Below the pieces are notes generated by a model. That model was not told the DNA's origin and made no database searches. It saw only the letters and a list, made by a program, of their open reading frames with translations. The position numbers and the translations under genes were made by a program. 64,000 nt of DNA from Clostridia bacterium. GTDB taxonomy: Bacteria; Bacillota; Clostridia; Christensenellales; Borkfalkiaceae. The stretch's first letter is position 1. Every line of letters begins with the position of its first letter. The stretch covers positions 32,722 to 96,721 of the forward strand of contig JAGAIP010000002.1 of NCBI GenBank assembly GCA_017626495.1, read 5' to 3'. Shown here piece after piece: positions 59,841 to 64,000 of this stretch.

Positions 59841-61922
59841 TTACTCGACGGAAAAGAGAATGTCGACGTAATCGGGCATGGGCCAATATTCCTTGGAAGT
59901 CAAGCCTTCCATTTCATCGGCATACTTTCTGACTTCGTTCATTGCCGGAACGACGTCGTAAGCGAATGCCTTGGAGCCCTCTTCGGTTTCCATTGCCTCA
60001 GCCGCTTTGAGTTTGCCTTCGAGCGACTTGATCGCACGGTACATTGCGTCGTTCAGGTCGGAAAGAGTCGAGATGAGTTCCTTATCTGCCGCAACGCTCG
60101 CACCGAAGCTTGCCTTGCCGCCTGCAATGGAACAAAGATCGGCGATATAACCGTTGACTGCGGGATAGATCTGTTTCATTGCCATGTCGATGGTCGTCTT
60201 TGCCTCGATGGCGATGATCTTATTGTAGTTTTCCTGCATGATCTCCGTACGGGAAACGACTTCTCTTGCGGAGAACACGCCGTGCTTTTCAAAGAGCTTA
60301 ATGTTCTTCTCGGCAGAGAAATGAGGAAGCGCGTCCGCGGTATTTTTGAGGTTGAGAAGTCCTCTTCTCTCCGCCTCTTTCTCCCACTCTGTGGAATATC
60401 CGTTGCCGTTGAAGATGATGCGCTGATGCGCCGTGAGTTCGCGCTCTACGAGCGTCTGCAACGCGAGATTGAAATCGGAAGCCTTTTCGAGCTCGGATGC
60501 AAACTGATCGAGTTCCTCCGCCACGATGGTATTGAGAACGATGTTGGGACCCGAAATGGAGAACGTAGAGCCGAGCATTCTGAATTCGAACTTATTGCCC
60601 GTAAACGCGAACGGAGACGTTCTGTTTCTGTCGGTGGAATCTTTGGGGAAGACGGGAAGGACGTCTACGCCGAGACGCATCTTCGTCTTTTGGGAAGAGG
60701 TCGCCTTTTCGTGATGCACGATGGAATCGACGATAGACTGCAATTCGTCGCCGAGGAACATGGAGATGATTGCAGGAGGCGCTTCGTTCGCACCGAGTCT
60801 GTGATCGTTTCCCGCGCTCGCAACGGATACGCGGAGCAGATCCTGATATTCGTCCACCGCCTTGACGACTGCGGTCAGGAACAGCATGAACTGTGCGTTA
60901 TCCGCAGGCGTTTTTCCGGGATCGAGAAGGTTGAGTCCCGTGTTGGTGCTCATCGACCAGTTGTTGTGCTTGCCTGAACCGTTGATTCCCTCGAAGGGTT
61001 TCTCGTGAAGGAGACAAACCATTCCGTGCTTTTGCGCGACCTTTTTCATGATTTCCATCGTGAGCTGGTTATGATCGGTCGCAACGTTGGTCGTGGAGAA
61101 GATGGGCGCAAGCTCATGCTGTGCGGGAGCGACTTCGTTGTGCTTTGTCTTTGCGAGGATACCGAGCTTCCAGAGTTCTTCGTCGAGCTCCTTCATGAAT
61201 GCGGACACTCTCGTCTTGATCGAACCGAAGTAGTGATCTTCGAGTTCCTGTCCCTTGGGAGACATCGCGCCGAACAGCGTTCTTCCCGTGAGTTTCAAAT
61301 CCTCTCTCTCTTCGTATACTTTCTGATCGATGAGGAAATATTCCTGTTCGGGACCTACGGTAGAAGCAACTCTCTTCGCGTCGGTGTTGCCGAACAATCT
61401 CAGAATACGGATCGCCTGCTTGGAAAGGGCGTCCATACTGCGAAGAAGCGGTGTCTTTTTATCGAGCACTTCTCCCGTATAGGAACAGAACGCAGTCGGG
61501 ATATACAGCGATCCGTCTCTGACAAACGCATAGGACGTGGGATCCCATGCCGTATAGCCTCTTGCTTCAAACGTGGCGCGGATGCCGCCCGAAGGGAAAG
61601 ACGATGCGTCGGGTTCTCCGACGACAAGTTCTTTACCCGAAAAACTCATGATGACTTTTCCGTCCGACGTGGGATTGATGAATCCGTCGTGCTTTTCGGC
61701 GGTAACGCCCGTCATAGGCTGGAACCAATGCGTGAAATGAGTCGCTCCCTTTTCAAGCGCCCACTCCTTCATGGCATGTGCGACGACGTTTGCAAGATCG
61801 ATGTCAAGCGGTTCGCCGTTCTCGATCGTCTTCTTCAAAGACTTGTATACGTCTTTGGGAAGTTTTTCCTGCATAACGGTCTCGTTGAATACGTTTTCTC
61901 CAAACAACTCGGGAATGTTCAT
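59841..61922 (-). CDS. glnN: glutamine synthetase type III
   Basis: 693 aa; the length and N-terminal region are typical of GS-III. Confidence 0.8.
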   Translation of the reverse strand: MNIPELFGENVFNETVMQEKLPKDVYKSLKKTIENGEPLDIDLANVVAHAMKEWALEKGATHFTHWFQPMTGVTAEKHDGFINPTSDGKVIMSFSGKELVVGEPDASSFPSGGIRATFEARGYTAWDPTSYAFVRDGSLYIPTAFCSYTGEVLDKKTPLLRSMDALSKQAIRILRLFGNTDAKRVASTVGPEQEYFLIDQKVYEEREDLKLTGRTLFGAMSPKGQELEDHYFGSIKTRVSAFMKELDEELWKLGILAKTKHNEVAPAQHELAPIFSTTNVATDHNQLTMEIMKKVAQKHGMVCLLHEKPFEGINGSGKHNNWSMSTNTGLNLLDPGKTPADNAQFMLFLTAVVKAVDEYQDLLRVSVASAGNDHRLGANEAPPAIISMFLGDELQSIVDSIVHHEKATSSQKTKMRLGVDVLPVFPKDSTDRNRTSPFAFTGNKFEFRMLGSTFSISGPNIVLNTIVAEELDQFASELEKASDFNLALQTLVERELTAHQRIIFNGNGYSTEWEKEAERRGLLNLKNTADALPHFSAEKNIKLFEKHGVFSAREVVSRTEIMQENYNKIIAIEAKTTIDMAMKQIYPAVNGYIADLCSIAGGKASFGASVAADKELISTLSDLNDAMYRAIKSLEGKLKAAEAMETEEGSKAFAYDVVPAMNEVRKYADEMEGLTSKEYWPMPDYVDILFSVE

Positions 61923-62010
61923 AGTGATTACCTCTCTTTTATAAATTTTAGTTATACCACATATAAGATAAGCTATTGTTATACCTCATAACCTCTCTTG
62001 AACGTACTCT

Positions 62011-62039
62011 ATTATATTCATGACAAAATAAGATGTCAA
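62011..62039 (-). promoter_or_regulatory. sigma-A promoter (TTGACA-N17-TATAAT) of glnN with a ~80-nt AT-rich leader
   Basis: Minus strand reads TTGACATCTTATTTTGTCATGAATATAAT; RBS AGAGAGG before the ATG. Confidence 0.5.
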
Positions 62040-62233
62040 ACAAATGAAAACACTTTATATTTTGCAAATACTTCTATACGGTATAAGTTTAGCTTATATT
62101 ATGAAATATGCGAAAGGCAGGCTTTCGGCATGAAAACTTACTTTTTCCGACAAAGCCCGCAACTAAGCCATAAATGCAAAAAGAGGCATAGCCGCGCTAT
62201 CCCTCTTTAACGGTTTTCTCTGCATGCTGAGCT

Positions 62234-62660
62234 TATTTCTCTTCTTTTTCAAAAAACGCCACGCCGAACGCACCCGGACCGAGATGCACGCCGATCGTAC
62301 TTCCGACGGCGTAGAAAGGAATAACCTGACGCCCTCACATAGTTCCGAACTGTCGCAAATATATTTTTGAGCGATTTCTGCATTCAATCCCGTCCACAAC
62401 ACGCCGTAAGGCATGGAAAAATCAACCCATCCGCCTTTCGTTGCCTTTTCAATCGCCTCTTCAAATCGGAACGGGGAAATTTGCGACGTTTTGGGGAGCT
62501 CCCTTTCCCTCATCAACTTTTGATAGAATTGTTGTTTTGTCAACGTTTCTCCGTCATAATATTCCTCGTTTCCAGACGTGATTACCATCGGAACCATTCC
62601 GATTCCGAGTTCCCTTGCCTCTGCCGCGTCGAAATCTGCATCCGTTATGATTTTGCATAT
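62234..62660 (-). pseudogene. degraded degV-family (fatty-acid-binding) gene: no start codon, internal deletion and frameshift
   Basis: N-terminal DegV-like KIITDADFDAAEARELGIGMVPMVITSGNEEYYDGETLTKQQFYQKLMRERELPKTSQISP... in one frame. Typical DegV C-terminus VGSTIGVHLGPGAFGVAFF in another frame only ~100 codons later (intact DegV is ~280 aa). No Met precedes KIITD. Confidence 0.5.
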
Positions 62661-63107
62661 TCTTCTGCTTGTAGATTTTTTAGTTTCTCATCTCGTTCCC
62701 ACACAATCATTACTCTATCCATTCCGCCTCGATTGCTTCTGTTTTTCCCGTTATTCCCTTTTGAAACCTCCTGCCCGATGGACTTATCGCCATTCTGCAC
62801 TCTGTTTCAGCGTTTTCGGAATACTTTCCTTTGTCTTTACTCAAACGGTGACATTACACTTTTTATTTTCACACAACGAATCAACAGCTTTGACAAATCG
62901 TATCGTTCCGATTCTCTCAACCCGATACCGCATTTATATTAAGAAAATACAATAATGTATCGACAAGTCATCAATACCTATCGAAAAGCCGCCTTTATTC
63001 TATCAATCATTCCGCCCGACATAATATTCCGGAAATGCAATCTACTGCGTTCTGCTTCAACAACCTTTTTATTTTAACCATGATTTGCCGATAAGCGGTA
63101 CGTCGTC

Positions 63108-63230
63108 AATTATGTTTTCAGCCTTATCAGTACACCGTGTTCGGAGTATGTCGATATGCAACACCTTATCAATGATGTTTTCAAATCAATCGTCCCCATT
63201 ATCACACCGTGTGCCGATATGTATCATTGT
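63108..63230 (+). repeat. two imperfect ~55-bp direct repeats upstream of the XRE gene (candidate operator or recombinase-binding sites)
   Basis: TCAATTATGTTTTCAGCCTTATCAGTACACCGTGTTCGGAGTATGTCGATATG versus TCAATGATGTTTTCAAATCAATCGTCCCCATTATCACACCGTGTGCCGATATGTATCA. Confidence 0.45.
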
Positions 63231-63237
63231 TTCGTCA

Positions 63238-63603
63238 ATGAGCATGCAAGAAAACATTATTGGATATAGAATTAAGTTATTAAGAGAAAAGGCAAAGCTA
63301 TCACAAGCAAAACTTGCTACGGCGCTTGGCGATGTAAAACAACCCGTTCTTGCTCGTTATGAGCTTGGCTCTATTATGCCATCCTACCCCGTGCTTGTTA
63401 AAATTGCCGATTACTTTGACGTGTCAACCGACTATCTTCTTGGTAGAACGGACAATCCCGAAGGAAAACTTTACGGACAACCTAAATTAGAAAATTCAGA
63501 CCGTATGCAAGATTTTATTGAGATGTGTTTTGACCCAAGCACCAACGCACACGCAAAACTCAAAGAAACATTAAAGAAAATGCTTGAAGAACAACAAAAA
63601 TAA
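63238..63603 (+). CDS. XRE-family (Cro/CI-type) HTH transcriptional regulator
   Basis: IGYRIKLLREKAKLSQAKLATALGDVKQPVLARYELGSIMPSYPVLVKIADYFDVSTDYLLGR is a classic HTH_XRE. Start at the internal MSMQEN of the track ORF. Confidence 0.75.
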   Translation: MSMQENIIGYRIKLLREKAKLSQAKLATALGDVKQPVLARYELGSIMPSYPVLVKIADYFDVSTDYLLGRTDNPEGKLYGQPKLENSDRMQDFIEMCFDPSTNAHAKLKETLKKMLEEQQK

Positions 63604-63667
63604 TTTTAATATGACGATAATTATCATATTTAATGTGCTAAAATATAAATAATAGGAGGCAAATCAA

Positions 63668-64000
63668 ATGAAAGCAGTTATATACGCGCGATATTCTTCG
63701 GACAGTCAACGCGAAGAATCTATTGAAGGTCAACTTCGTGAATGCTTGGAATTTGCGAATAAAATCGGTGTGGACGTCGTTGCAAATTATATAGACCGTG
63801 CAATGACGGCAACGTCGGATAATCGCCCCGATTTCCAACGTATGGTTAAAGATAGTTATAAGCACTGCTTTGATATGATTATCGTTTGGAAATTAGACCG
63901 CTTTTCTCGTGATAGATACGACTCTGCTCATTACAAACATATACTTAAAAAGAACGGCGTTAAAGTAGTTTCGGCAAAAGAAAACATTAGCGAAGGTCCT
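63668..64000 (+). CDS. serine recombinase (resolvase-type catalytic domain, probably large serine recombinase), N-terminal part only
   Basis: MKAVIYARYSSDSQ (catalytic Ser) with a conserved ISEGP motif; runs off the window end. Confidence 0.8.
   Translation, partial: MKAVIYARYSSDSQREESIEGQLRECLEFANKIGVDVVANYIDRAMTATSDNRPDFQRMVKDSYKHCFDMIIVWKLDRFSRDRYDSAHYKHILKKNGVKVVSAKENISEGP

Larger units (their letters stand above)
62650..64000 (+). mobile_element. left end of an AT-rich integrated mobile element (large-serine-recombinase type) extending beyond the window
   Basis: Abrupt GC drop (about 57% to below 40%) starting at the truncated 5' end of degV. Contains ~550 bp of non-coding sequence, an XRE regulator and a serine recombinase gene. 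Confidence 0.5.

Noticed and set aside
62040-62110. Possible GlnR/TnrA box (TGTNA-N7-TNACA) upstream of the glnN promoter
   Set aside because: The best candidate (TGTTTTCATTTGTTTGACA) does not fit the half-site spacing, so I could not support a site.
62367-62955. Plus-strand ORFs 62367..62942 and 62578..62955 in the degV/element boundary region
   Set aside because: Low-complexity translations across a region better explained as a degV pseudogene on the minus strand plus non-coding AT-rich element DNA.

Overview
The window reads as a Firmicutes (Clostridia-like) chromosomal segment of about 55-58% GC. Almost all genes are on the minus strand, and I took the long plus-strand ORFs to be antisense shadows.

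Recognisable core genes, in order: a partial U32 peptidase, hprK, a Cof-type HAD hydrolase, uvrC, tRNA-Trp(CCA) with its own sigma-A promoter, an orphan phage BppU-like collagen-repeat protein, a PlsC-like acyltransferase, purB, purH, a DUF1294 protein, an operon of a TM1266-like ACT protein plus an NMT1-type ABC importer, a macrodomain protein, a 1194-aa Sel1-repeat protein, an aconitase-family enzyme, a TldD/TldE pair, and a complete F1Fo ATP synthase operon (atpB, two tandem atpE copies, atpF, a short atpH, atpA, atpG, atpD, atpC). These are followed by a MATE transporter, a YdjI/YdjG-like SPFH and zinc-ribbon pair, mntP behind a yybP-ykoY Mn2+ riboswitch, a 2366-aa acidic lipoprotein with Listeria-Bacteroides (Flg_new) repeats, and a large nitrogen-assimilation cluster (purF, asnB, split archaeal-type glutamate synthase, amtB-glnK fusion, type III glutamine synthetase).

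The last ~1.4 kb is AT-rich and carries an XRE repressor and a large serine recombinase. It looks like the edge of an integrated mobile element, abutting a decayed degV gene.

No CRISPR array, rRNA or obvious defence system was seen. The candidates most worth follow-up are the giant lipoprotein, the zinc-type macrodomain next to the Sel1 giant, the atpE duplication with a short delta subunit, the three-arm inverted repeat at the gltS ribosome-binding site, and the mobile element boundary.
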